From Acidobacteriota bacterium (GTDB lineage: Bacteria; Acidobacteriota; UBA6911; RPQK01; JAJDTT01): 64,000 bases of DNA. Below, one piece after another: positions 1 to 9,446 of the stretch. Location: the NCBI GenBank assembly GCA_965263035.1, contig OZ253580.1:672001-736000 (forward strand), written 5' to 3'. A program made the position numbers and the translations under genes. The notes beneath the pieces were generated by a model. The model saw only the letters and a program-made list of their open reading frames with translations, was not told where the DNA came from and did not search any database. Position 1 is the first letter of the stretch. The number at the start of each line of letters is the position of its first letter.

Positions 1-2544
1 GCACTCTTCGACACGGAAAAGACCACGTCGGATATCGACACACTTCTCGGGGCAGTTGAATATGACGGAACTAAGGGAGATAGCGATGGCGTGACACGAA
101 AATCCGCTGTTGAGGTCTTGGAAGCTGTCGTGCGCGCCGGCGGCATTCCCATTCCCGCCCATGTCGAATCTAATAAGGGCCTATTGCGATTGAGAGACGA
201 CACATCCGCAATTTCGGCGCTGGACGCCAATACATTGCGTCAGATCTTCAAATGCCAGGACATTGTCTCAATGGAGGTGATTGACCGATCCAAGCCAAAA
301 CCTGCGTTGTACGAGGAATCAAAACTCTCATGGTCTGAGGTCTTGGGCTCGGATTGCCACAGTTTCCGAGGACAAGATCCACCGGGATCCCGCTATTCAT
401 GGGTAAAGATGGAAGACCCGTCTCTGGAGGGGCTGCGTTTGGCCATGATGGATGGAGAAGGGTTTTCAATCCGACGGAGCGATGATCCGGAAACTTTCGA
501 TCCCTTCCAATTTCCAAGCCGATTCGTCGAGTCGGTGGAAATCGAACAGGCGCGATTCATGGGCAACGGAGAAGCGACCCGGCTCCCGTTCAGCCCGTGG
601 CTCAATGCGCTGGTCGGGGGTCGTGGCACGGGAAAGTCCACCGTTGTTCACGCAATACGGCTGGCGGCGAGGCGTGAGCACGAACTAACGGGTTTCGACA
701 AAACCAGCGAGCCGCGCTTGACGTTTGAGCGATTCAATCAGGCGCCAACGGATCGTGTAGATACGGGCGGATTGACCACGTCGACCTCGATCGCCCTTAC
801 CAAGATGCGTGATGAGGTTCGGTATCGCGTGCTTTGGCGGTGCGGCAAAGGACGATACCGCAAAGATCATCTGGTCGTCGAGGAGGAAACCGGCAAGGAC
901 GAATGGAAGAGGTCCTCAATTCAAGCGGTCACACCTGAACGCTTTCCCATACGTATTTTCAGCCAGGGGCAAATCGCTGCACTCGCAGGTGAAAATCAGC
1001 AAGCATTGCTGCAAATCATCGACGACGCAGCAGGCGTCAAAGCCCGCCAAGAAAAGCTAAACGAAGCGAGGAACGCATACTATGCGTCAAGAGCTCGGAT
1101 TCGGGAACTTGACAGCAAGCTGGGCAATCGCGACGACCTCGTTGTCCAGCGTCAGGATGCAGGGCGTAAGTTGAAGCGCTTCGAGGAATCGGGCCATACC
1201 GAAATCCTCATAGCCTATCGGCTGCGGAGCCTTCAGCGCAGGGAAGCGGACCGGCAGTTCCATGCAGCCGAAGCGGCCACCGAATACATCGATGCGGCGG
1301 CGGCACAGCTGCAACCGGAAGACCTGCCCGAGGGACAATTCGTTACGGAATCGGATGAAGATCGCGAAGTGACGGCGATCATGGATGCTCTGGCCGCCGC
1401 CGTGCGTGGCGCAGCCACAAACCTGCGCAAGAACGCACAGCAGCTCCGGAGCGTCGTCGAGACGCAACGCAAAGAATTGGCCAAGAGTGCATGGCAAGAG
1501 GCTGTGGACCAAGCTGCCGTCGACTACCGGCGTCTGGTCGAAACGCTTCACGCGGAAGGCGTCTCCGACCCGAGCGAATATGGTCGATTGGTGCAGGAAC
1601 GGCAACGTCTTGACAGCGAGTTGGAACGCCTGGAATCGATGCGGAAAGAGCGTGACCGATTGATTGCGCAAACACAGTCGAAGCTCCATGAGGTCTTGGA
1701 AACTCGCCGCGAAGTGAGCACAACTCGCGACCGCTTTCTGACTGATATGTTGGCGCAGAACACTTTCGTTCGCATTCGCAGCAGGACGTATGGCGAGGAT
1801 GCTCGTGTCATTGAACGATCCTTACGCGAGGCGCTAGGTGTTCTCGACGATCGTTTCCAAAGCGACATCCTAATCATTGAGGACGAGCGCCCAATAGCGG
1901 GAGCCGTGGCAGAACTGCTGGAAAGCTTGCCAGAGGCACCGGAAGTACGACGGGAGGAGTTCGAAAACCGCATCTGTCGACTCAAGCAAGGCCTTGTTGC
2001 TGCCTACTTCGGTGAGCGTCCCTTCGGAGGTCATTTCAACAACTATCTCAAGAACGAATTCACCAAGAATCCGGAGTTTCTCGACAAACTGATGACTTGG
2101 TTTCCCGAAGACGGGTTGTATGTGGAATACAGCCGTCGCGGAGACGGCACGGATTTCCGGCACATAACCCAGGCTTCAGCAGGACAGCGGTCGGCGGCCA
2201 TGCTGGCTTTCCTGCTCGCACATGGCGAGGAACCTCTGGTGCTGGATCAGCCGGAGGACGACCTGGACAATCATCTGATCTACGACCTGGTCGTCCGCCA
2301 GATTCGAGAGAACAAGCTGAGACGCCAGATCATCGTCGTGACGCACAACCCCAACATCGTTGTGAACGGCGATGCGGAGATGCTCCATGCGCTCGATTTT
2401 CGGGCGGGGCAGTGTGTCGTGGCGCAGTCGGGCTCCTTGCAGAAGGAATCCATGCGAGAGGAAGTCTGCCGAGTGATGGAAGGCGGACGCGAGGCATTCG
2501 AGCGGCGCTACCGGCGGCTGGGACCGGAGTCCTCACATGTTTGA
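1..2544 (+). CDS. PHP-domain + coiled-coil ABC/SMC-like ATPase (TrlF/Ppl-like defence protein), 5'-truncated by the window edge
   Basis: Frame 1 is open from base 1 (ALFDTEKTTSDIDTLLGAVEY...). PHP-like motifs IPAHVE and GSDCHS; Walker A GGRGTGKS; long coiled coil; signature SAGQRS; Walker B LVLDQPEDDLD; switch VTHN. Confidence 0.8.
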   Translation, partial: ALFDTEKTTSDIDTLLGAVEYDGTKGDSDGVTRKSAVEVLEAVVRAGGIPIPAHVESNKGLLRLRDDTSAISALDANTLRQIFKCQDIVSMEVIDRSKPKPALYEESKLSWSEVLGSDCHSFRGQDPPGSRYSWVKMEDPSLEGLRLAMMDGEGFSIRRSDDPETFDPFQFPSRFVESVEIEQARFMGNGEATRLPFSPWLNALVGGRGTGKSTVVHAIRLAARREHELTGFDKTSEPRLTFERFNQAPTDRVDTGGLTTSTSIALTKMRDEVRYRVLWRCGKGRYRKDHLVVEEETGKDEWKRSSIQAVTPERFPIRIFSQGQIAALAGENQQALLQIIDDAAGVKARQEKLNEARNAYYASRARIRELDSKLGNRDDLVVQRQDAGRKLKRFEESGHTEILIAYRLRSLQRREADRQFHAAEAATEYIDAAAAQLQPEDLPEGQFVTESDEDREVTAIMDALAAAVRGAATNLRKNAQQLRSVVETQRKELAKSAWQEAVDQAAVDYRRLVETLHAEGVSDPSEYGRLVQERQRLDSELERLESMRKERDRLIAQTQSKLHEVLETRREVSTTRDRFLTDMLAQNTFVRIRSRTYGEDARVIERSLREALGVLDDRFQSDILIIEDERPIAGAVAELLESLPEAPEVRREEFENRICRLKQGLVAAYFGERPFGGHFNNYLKNEFTKNPEFLDKLMTWFPEDGLYVEYSRRGDGTDFRHITQASAGQRSAAMLAFLLAHGEEPLVLDQPEDDLDNHLIYDLVVRQIRENKLRRQIIVVTHNPNIVVNGDAEMLHALDFRAGQCVVAQSGSLQKESMREEVCRVMEGGREAFERRYRRLGPESSHV

Positions 2545-3799
2545 CAGCCGGAAAGAGTTGCTGGAGAAGATTCGTCTGGGTGAGGCCACGTTTCTGGAAC
2601 TCAAGGAAGTGCGCTTTTCCGGCAGTCGGATCCGCGGACCGGGGCGTGACGAATTGGCCGACGAACTGGCGGCTTTCGCCAACAGTCGCGGAGGTGTCTG
2701 CCTGCTTGGAGTTGAAGACAAATTACGCGAAATCGTGGGTATTCCCGTGGATCGTGTGGATACAGTGGTGCGTTTCGCCCGCGAAGTCTGCACGGACTCG
2801 ATCGAACCCCCACTGAGTCCCGTGATTGACCCGCTGTGGTTGCCGGCGACGACGGGTGAGGAACTCGCCGTCGTCAAGATCGACGTGCAACGCAGCCTGT
2901 TCGTGCACAAGAGCCCCGGCGGCTACCTGCACCGAGTCGGCGATGCCAAGCGAGGGATGTCTCCCCAGTATCTCGCTCGATTGTTTCAGCAACGCAGCCA
3001 GACCCGCATCATTCGGTTCGATGAGCAGACCGTTTCCGGTGCCAGATTAGATGACCTGTCTCCCGATCTCTGGGAGCGATTTCGGACCCCTCGCACCGGG
3101 GCCACTAGAAACGATCTGCTTTCAAAACTGCGTTTGGCGCGTCCTGATGAGCGCGACGAACTGAGGCCGACCGTTGCCGGCGTACTGATGGCAACCAACG
3201 ATCCGCGCCGTTGGGTTCCCAACGCCTACATTCAAGCCGTTGCCTACCGGGGAAGCCAAATCCGGCCGGAAGCGTTCGGCGATCCATACCAACTGGACGC
3301 CGCCGATATTTCAGGACCCTTGGACGTTCAAATCGCGAATGCGTGTCATTTCGTCTTGAAGAACATGAAGACGGCCGCCTTCAAGTACCAGGGACGCAGG
3401 GATCGACCACAATTCGATATGATGGGCGTCTTCGAGGCTATCGTCAACGCCGTTGCGCACCGGGATTATTCGATCCATGGATCCAAGATCCGGCTGCGCC
3501 TCTTTGACGACCGGTTGGAGCTCTACTCGCCGGGTGGCATTCCCAACACGATGACTGTGGAAAATCTCGTACATCTTCAATCGGCCCGGAATGACGTGAT
3601 CGCGAGTCTGCTCGCCAAGTGTCCTGTCCCGGCCGCTGGTCCAGGATTACACACCGATCGTGTGACCTTCATGGACAAGCGGGGAGAGGGTGTACGGATC
3701 ATCTTGGACTACAGCGAACGGCTCTCCGGGATTACGCCTGTGTATCGATTGATCGGCGACACAGAACTCGTCCTGACGATTTTTGCGCCCACCAGGTGA
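2537..3799 (+). CDS. Schlafen/AlbA_2 domain + HATPase_c_4 domain protein
   Basis: N-terminal GEATFLELKE...DELAAFANSRGG (AlbA_2); C-terminal EAIVNAVAHRDY, LELYSPG, DKRGEG. Overlaps the upstream stop by 8 nt. Confidence 0.85.
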   Translation: MFDSRKELLEKIRLGEATFLELKEVRFSGSRIRGPGRDELADELAAFANSRGGVCLLGVEDKLREIVGIPVDRVDTVVRFAREVCTDSIEPPLSPVIDPLWLPATTGEELAVVKIDVQRSLFVHKSPGGYLHRVGDAKRGMSPQYLARLFQQRSQTRIIRFDEQTVSGARLDDLSPDLWERFRTPRTGATRNDLLSKLRLARPDERDELRPTVAGVLMATNDPRRWVPNAYIQAVAYRGSQIRPEAFGDPYQLDAADISGPLDVQIANACHFVLKNMKTAAFKYQGRRDRPQFDMMGVFEAIVNAVAHRDYSIHGSKIRLRLFDDRLELYSPGGIPNTMTVENLVHLQSARNDVIASLLAKCPVPAAGPGLHTDRVTFMDKRGEGVRIILDYSERLSGITPVYRLIGDTELVLTIFAPTR

Positions 3800-3805
3800 A
3801 GGAAC

Positions 3806-4259
3806 GTGTTTCTCATCCAGGACAATGAAAAACCCTTCGATGTGCTGGACGATCAAGTGCTCCCTGGCCCGTTGGTCGCTTGCCGGCAAGAATCGTCCGC
3901 CAGCAGACGAAAATGGGTTGAAATAGGTCGTGTCAAATCCTCGCGGACTCGATGCGTCCAATCGTTTGAGAGGACAGTGGCGAAGTCGCCGAGTCAAGGT
4001 GCCACGAGTACCGTTGGCACTAGGCTGATCGTAGCCCATGAAGAGTCTTCGTGAGGCCGTCCTGAACGCGCTCGCTCATCGCGATCGGACCCGCTAAGAG
4101 GAGATTGTAATGGTCGGCTATGTTGACGCGTGGGGCATGAGCGTTCGCGAAGGGATATTCACTCTGCTACCCAAAGTGAATGGCGCGGACCTCGATCTCG
4201 GAGCTACTGAGGACTATCTGAATGTGACTAGGCGGAAGAGGCGTGCGGGGGACGAATGA
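3806..4259 (+). pseudogene. Degraded fragment of a second AlbA_2/HATPase_c_4-family gene
   Basis: Frame starting at 4038 reads LREAVLNALAHRDRTR*EEI...GYVDAWGMSVR...ATEDYL, with an in-frame TAA at 4095-4097. Its final TGA (4257-4259) overlaps the pglZ ATG. Confidence 0.65.
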
Positions 4260-6577
4260 GCGAAGAGACCGTCCTCGATCAGTTGATCTCCAGTCTTCGA
4301 TCCAAGGGTACACCCATCGACGGCCAAGACCGACCGGCCGCCATCCTCTGGACCGACCCGAAGCGGGAGTGGGTGCCGCTGATCGAACTGTTATTGCAAC
4401 GCGTCGGTGAATTTCTCGTCCTGGGAGATTACCAACCCGAGCGGCGCACCGGTCCCGCCGTCTGGGTACGCTGCGTCGTCGACCGCGCCGTCGACGAGCC
4501 TGATCTCCCCGCTGATCGACCGCCGATCGTTTACCTGCCTGACGTTGCGCGCCAGCAGCTCCGCGCCGGGACGGTGTGCCCGGACCGGTTGAAGCCGATG
4601 GTGGAGCTTCTGTTTCGGGGCGCACTCTGGCATCACCCCAACGGCAACGACTGGACGGTGAACGCCTACTTGACTTCACGATCTACCCTGGCCCTTGACA
4701 TCGCCGGTGATCGGGCGACCAGCGACGCGCTGCTGCGAGCGTTGTCCGAGGTGGCCCTCAGCCCGGTGAAACATCTCGCACGCCGTCACCTGGCGGCAGA
4801 CGACTTCGATCGTATGCTCGCCGGCGACGTTGTCAGAGACCTCCTGAGGTGGATGGGGGACCCGGACGGCGCGCGGAACCGCTTGGGATCGAACGAATGG
4901 GAAGCCTTCTGCAGCCGTTGCCGGGACGAGCTGGAGTTCGATCCGGCGACGGAGGCGGATGTCGTCGCAGGCGGGCTTATGGCTCAGGGCGAGGGCCCGT
5001 GGTCGGCAGTGTGGGACCGTTTCGCCGAGGCACCCCGTAGCTACGGCGACATTTCCGGACTACTTCGGCGCAGCAAACCGTCCGGCGGATTCCGCTTCGA
5101 ACGTGAACGATGGCCTGACCTGAATGACGAGGATGAGGAAACCGTTCGGCGCAGGCTCATCGCGATACCGACGCTCTTGCACGATGAGGCTTGCGAGACG
5201 GTCATCGGACTCGAAGAGAACCATGGCGTACGCCGGAAGTGGGTCTGGGCTCGCATGGGGTCGGCTCCAATGGCACGGGTCTTGACGCCTCTCTCCAATC
5301 TTGCCAAGGGGGCGCGGAATGCCTTGGGAGGAACGACCCCCGATGATGTGGCCCAAGCCTATCTCGATCGGGGCTGGCAAGCGGACCTTGGAGCGTGGGA
5401 GACGTTGGCCATCGCGCCGTATGAAGACGAAGAGTGGATCAAAGCGACCGTACGCCACCTCCTTGAGCCGTGGCTCGAGGACTCGGCGCGAGCGTTTCAG
5501 ACAGCGGTCGAGCGAGCATCCCTGCCAAGTCGCGGCGATCAGCCGACCGTAGTGGCTGCAGATGACGGCTGCATCCTGTTCGCCGACGGGCTGCGGTTCG
5601 ACTTGGCACAACGTCTGGCGGAGCGGCTGGAAGGCCATGGTCTCCGCGTTGAGTTGGACCGGCGGTGGGCGGCGCTGCCGACGGTTACGGCTACGGCGAA
5701 ACCGGCGGTGACTCCAGTTGCAGAGCAGGTCGAGGGCGACATGCTCGATCCCGCGTTCGGCGTACGGTTGAAGACCAGCGGGAAACCGGCTGACGCATCG
5801 GGTCTCCGCGCGGCGATGGAGGCACATGGGTATCAACTCGTTGGCGGCTCCGGCTCGTACGCGCCTCGTTCCCATCCGGCACGCGGCTGGCTTGAAATGG
5901 GAGCGTTCGACAGGCGTGGTCACCAGATGGGGGTTGGGGTCGCGCGCCAACTGGGCAACGAAATTAAGCGTGTGGCGGAACGGATCATCCGTGTCCTCGA
6001 CGCTGGATGGAACACGGTGCGCGTCGTTACGGATCACGGGTGGCTGCTGTTGCCGGGAGGGCTTCCGAAGGTGGGCCTACCGAAGCACTTGACCGAGAGC
6101 AGTTGGGCTCGTTGCGCAGTCATCGCGGGTGAGTCGACGCCTGACGTCACCCGTGCCCCATGGCACTGGAACAGCTCACAGTGGTTTGCGACGGCGCCCG
6201 GTATCGCCTGCTTCAACAAATCCGATGAATACGCCCACGGCGGGTTGAGCATTCAGGAATGCCTCATCCCGGATCTCCTCGTGACACGCGGAGGTGAGAC
6301 GAAGTCGACCGGCCGCGTCAAGTCGCTGACTTGGCGAGGCCTGCGCTGTTTCATCGAATCCGAGGTCCGTGGCGGGCCAGTGACCGCCGACCTTCGGCTG
6401 AATCGACCGAACGGTGAATCGGTTGCAGCGACGCCGAAGCTCCTCGACACCGAGGGGACCGTCAGCTTGGTCCTAGCCGATGACGAGCATGAAACTGCAG
6501 CGCTGGTTCTGGTTCTGCTGGATGAAGCGGGCGGGATCTTGACCCATCAATCGACTCGAGTGGGAGTGGACACATGA
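4256..6577 (+). CDS. pglZ: BREX system PglZ phosphatase-domain protein (type B-like)
   Basis: N-terminal AAILWTDP...LGDYQPERRTGPAVWVRC; PglZ motifs ADGLRFD, LPTVT, VVTDHG, YAHGGLSIQE; directly upstream of brxL. Confidence 0.9.
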   Translation: MSEETVLDQLISSLRSKGTPIDGQDRPAAILWTDPKREWVPLIELLLQRVGEFLVLGDYQPERRTGPAVWVRCVVDRAVDEPDLPADRPPIVYLPDVARQQLRAGTVCPDRLKPMVELLFRGALWHHPNGNDWTVNAYLTSRSTLALDIAGDRATSDALLRALSEVALSPVKHLARRHLAADDFDRMLAGDVVRDLLRWMGDPDGARNRLGSNEWEAFCSRCRDELEFDPATEADVVAGGLMAQGEGPWSAVWDRFAEAPRSYGDISGLLRRSKPSGGFRFERERWPDLNDEDEETVRRRLIAIPTLLHDEACETVIGLEENHGVRRKWVWARMGSAPMARVLTPLSNLAKGARNALGGTTPDDVAQAYLDRGWQADLGAWETLAIAPYEDEEWIKATVRHLLEPWLEDSARAFQTAVERASLPSRGDQPTVVAADDGCILFADGLRFDLAQRLAERLEGHGLRVELDRRWAALPTVTATAKPAVTPVAEQVEGDMLDPAFGVRLKTSGKPADASGLRAAMEAHGYQLVGGSGSYAPRSHPARGWLEMGAFDRRGHQMGVGVARQLGNEIKRVAERIIRVLDAGWNTVRVVTDHGWLLLPGGLPKVGLPKHLTESSWARCAVIAGESTPDVTRAPWHWNSSQWFATAPGIACFNKSDEYAHGGLSIQECLIPDLLVTRGGETKSTGRVKSLTWRGLRCFIESEVRGGPVTADLRLNRPNGESVAATPKLLDTEGTVSLVLADDEHETAALVLVLLDEAGGILTHQSTRVGVDT

Positions 6578-8634
6578 CTCAGTCCGTAGAGATGGATCAC
6601 CTGGACAACATCGCCGCGAGCGCATTTCCAGGCTATCTGGTCCGTAAGGACCTGGTTCGACGCTACGCGCGCCAATACCCCGTTCCGACCTATGTCGTGG
6701 AATTCCTCCTCGGGCGCTACTGCGCGAGCGTTGACGAGGAAGAGATCGAGGAGGGGTTGGCCATTGTAGAAAAGCAGCTCCAAGGCCGGACGGTCCGGAC
6801 GAGTGATCGCGAGATCTTCAAGTCACGGGCGCGGGAGCGTGGTTCCGTCAAGCTGATCGATATCGTTCGTGCGCGCTTGGACGCTCGGAACGACTGTTAC
6901 GTCGCCGAGCTTCCGAGTCTGCATCTGAAGGACGTCCAGGTCGCAGATTCCATTGTCAAAGACAACGAGAGGATGCTCGCAGACGGATTCTACGCGGAGG
7001 TCAAACTCACGTACGACCCCATCACAGCCCAGGAGAAAAAAGGCCGACCGTTTCACATCGGCCTGCTGCGCCCGATTCAGATGTCGAACCCGCACGTACT
7101 CGACGTTCTGGCCGCGGGGCGCCAAGCATTTGATACGGAGCAGTGGCGTGACTTTCTGATCCGCTCCACCGGCCTCGAACCTGAAGCGTTGGGAGAGCGG
7201 GCGAAACGGGTCGCCTTGCTGCGTATGGTTCCATTCGTCGAACGCAACTACAACCTGGTCGAACTCGGTCCTCGCGGGACGGGCAAGAGCCACGTTTACC
7301 AGCAGATCTCGCCATACTCCCATTTGCTTTCAGGCGGCAAAGCCACGGTTGCCAAGATGTTCGTCAACATGGCGAACGGTCGTCGTGGCCTGGTCTGCCA
7401 ATACGATGTCCTCTGCTTCGACGAGATCGCCGGAATCTCCTTTGACCAGAAGGACGGTGTCAACATCATGAAGGGCTACATGGCCGCCGGTGAGTTCAGC
7501 CGGGGAAAGGAGAGCATCCGTGCCGAGGGTTCCATCGTGATGGTCGGCAATTTCGACGTCGATGTTGAGCAACAGCAGCGGATTGGACATCTCCTGAGCC
7601 CGCTACCCAAGCAGATGCGCGACGACACCGCGTTTCACGATCGGATACACTCCTACGCCTCCGGATGGGACTTCCCCAAACTCAATCCCAACGAGCACCT
7701 GACCCATCACTTCGGACTCGTGAGCGACTTCCTGAGCGAATGCTGGTCACGGATGCGTCAGACCAGCCGTCTCACAACGCTGCAGAACCGTGCGTTTTGG
7801 GGTGGGGCTCTTTCGGGCCGCGACATCGAGGCCGTGCACAAGACTACGTCCGGGCTGATCAAGTTGCTGTATCCGGACCCGGAGATGCCCGTTCCCGACG
7901 AAGAGCTCGAGTGGATTCTTCGCTTGGCGTTGGAGTCACGCCGCCGGGTCAAGGAGCAGCAGAAGCGTTGCCTCAAGAGTGAATTCAGAAACACACATTT
8001 CTCGTTCACGCTTGGGGTTGACGGTGTCGAGCAATTTGTCGCGACCCCGGAGCTGCACAGTGACGAGGCTATCGACTCGGACCCGTTGCCTCCCGGGCAA
8101 GTCTGGGCGGTGGGACCGGGTAGCGCTGAAGCGGGAGTCGGACTTTATCGAATCGAGGTGGCCGTCGGTCCAGGAGGAGGCAGCAAGATCCTGAACCAGC
8201 CATCGCCCCCGGCGTTCCGGCAGAGCGTGAAGGTGGGTGAGCAGAATCTCTACGCCCGTGCCAAGGAGCTGGTGGGGAATCGCGATCCCCGCTCCCACGA
8301 ATATACGATCCAACTTCGTCCGTTCGATGCGGACAAATCGGGCACAGGACTGGGCCTCCCGGTCCTGGTGGCTTGTGTCGGCTCGCTTTTGGAACGGAGC
8401 ACACGCGGTGGCGCCATCATCGTGGGACCGCTCAACCTGGGTGGATCCCTTGACCTGATCTACAACCCGATCGCAATAGCGGAGTTGGCGGTGGACAAGC
8501 AGGCCGCCACACTGCTCATGCCCGTGTCGTCCCGGCGTTCCCTCATCGACCTCCCCGATGAGCTATGGACCAAGATCAACATCGAGTTCTACAGCGATCC
8601 CGCTGATGGCGTCTTCAAGGCGCTTCTGGACTGA
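6574..8634 (+). CDS. brxL: BREX system Lon-like AAA+ protein BrxL
   Basis: VPTYVVEFLLGRYC; ELGPRGTGKSH (Walker A); FDE (Walker B); DTAFHDRIH; Lon-like C-terminal domain; ATGA overlap with pglZ. Confidence 0.92.
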   Translation: MTQSVEMDHLDNIAASAFPGYLVRKDLVRRYARQYPVPTYVVEFLLGRYCASVDEEEIEEGLAIVEKQLQGRTVRTSDREIFKSRARERGSVKLIDIVRARLDARNDCYVAELPSLHLKDVQVADSIVKDNERMLADGFYAEVKLTYDPITAQEKKGRPFHIGLLRPIQMSNPHVLDVLAAGRQAFDTEQWRDFLIRSTGLEPEALGERAKRVALLRMVPFVERNYNLVELGPRGTGKSHVYQQISPYSHLLSGGKATVAKMFVNMANGRRGLVCQYDVLCFDEIAGISFDQKDGVNIMKGYMAAGEFSRGKESIRAEGSIVMVGNFDVDVEQQQRIGHLLSPLPKQMRDDTAFHDRIHSYASGWDFPKLNPNEHLTHHFGLVSDFLSECWSRMRQTSRLTTLQNRAFWGGALSGRDIEAVHKTTSGLIKLLYPDPEMPVPDEELEWILRLALESRRRVKEQQKRCLKSEFRNTHFSFTLGVDGVEQFVATPELHSDEAIDSDPLPPGQVWAVGPGSAEAGVGLYRIEVAVGPGGGSKILNQPSPPAFRQSVKVGEQNLYARAKELVGNRDPRSHEYTIQLRPFDADKSGTGLGLPVLVACVGSLLERSTRGGAIIVGPLNLGGSLDLIYNPIAIAELAVDKQAATLLMPVSSRRSLIDLPDELWTKINIEFYSDPADGVFKALLD

Positions 8635-8734
8635 AGACCTCGCCGCCGTCCAGACGGATTACGCTGGGACAGCCGCAGTCGCTGTACAGCCGGAATCTTC
8701 AGGGGCCGCTTCTTGCTCCGATTCGGACCGAAGA

Positions 8735-9402
8735 GGGCACCCACAAGGTCGCGGTAGGGACGCCGGTTGCCCAGCGCCCCCCCGCGCAGATCCGTGCGTG
8801 CCCGCTAAGGCACACGGCTCCTACTTCAGGTAATGACGGCGGGTCGTGACACCCGCCATATCCGACCCCCACCTGGGTCACGGCTGCCCGGCTCTGAGTC
8901 CGGTCCGTGCTTTGGTGTGCCGAATTCCCCTTGGTTCCACCCCTTCGCTCCACCGACTCCGCAGAGAGTTCCCCCTCCTTGTTCGCCCGCTTCATCACTA
9001 CTATGGGTGAATCCGATTGCTTCCTCTCTCCCCTCATGGGTTACGGCTTTCTCCTTTCTCACAAGGCCCCGGCTCTCGCCGGGGGAGAGAAAGCCCTCCC
9101 AGGTCCCGACACAAGACGTACGTGCGTGCTTGGATTCCTCGACACCGCGGAGCCCGACTGGCCCTCACCTTCCCGGTCCAGCCGGTATTGCCTTCGACCG
9201 CACCCACAGCCTCGGCACTTCCGTTCATGTAGGTTTCGATGCTCCATAGCCCCGCCCACACGCGCCGCTACCGATGCTTCGCCGACACCCTCACGAGTGC
9301 CGACGCACGGCTCGCGGAGAAACGTGGATGGTTACTCCTTCGTTTCAGCGGACTTTCACCGCTTGTCTTGTGCCAGTTAGCCTGGCACACGGGCACCCCT
9401 AC
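8735..9402 (-). repeat. GTAG-type REP palindrome interrupted by the intron
   Basis: Joining the flanks gives GTAGGGGTGCCC|CTTGTGGGTGCCC, homologous to the intact GTAGGGGCGCCCCTTGCGGGCGCC at 58059-58082. Confidence 0.8.
8748..9390 (-). mobile_element. ORF-less group II intron (ribozyme), IIB-like bacterial class
   Basis: Minus strand begins GTGTG (GUGYG) at 9390. Domain V GAGCCGTGTGCCTTAGCGGGCACGCACGGATC (8820-8789) has the AGC triad; domain VI ends TCCCTACCGCGAC at 8748. Domain IV is reduced to a short hairpin with no RT ORF. Confidence 0.9.
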
Positions 9403-9446
9403 CAAAATTTCTTCGTACAATTGCACAAGATTTTGGGAATAAGGAA

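Noticed and set aside
8699-9442. Several short ORFs (e.g. 8699-9037, 8833-9249, 8907-9380) as an intron-encoded protein or small genes
   Set aside because: They have no RT (YADD) or maturase motifs and are incidental frames across the structured intron RNA.
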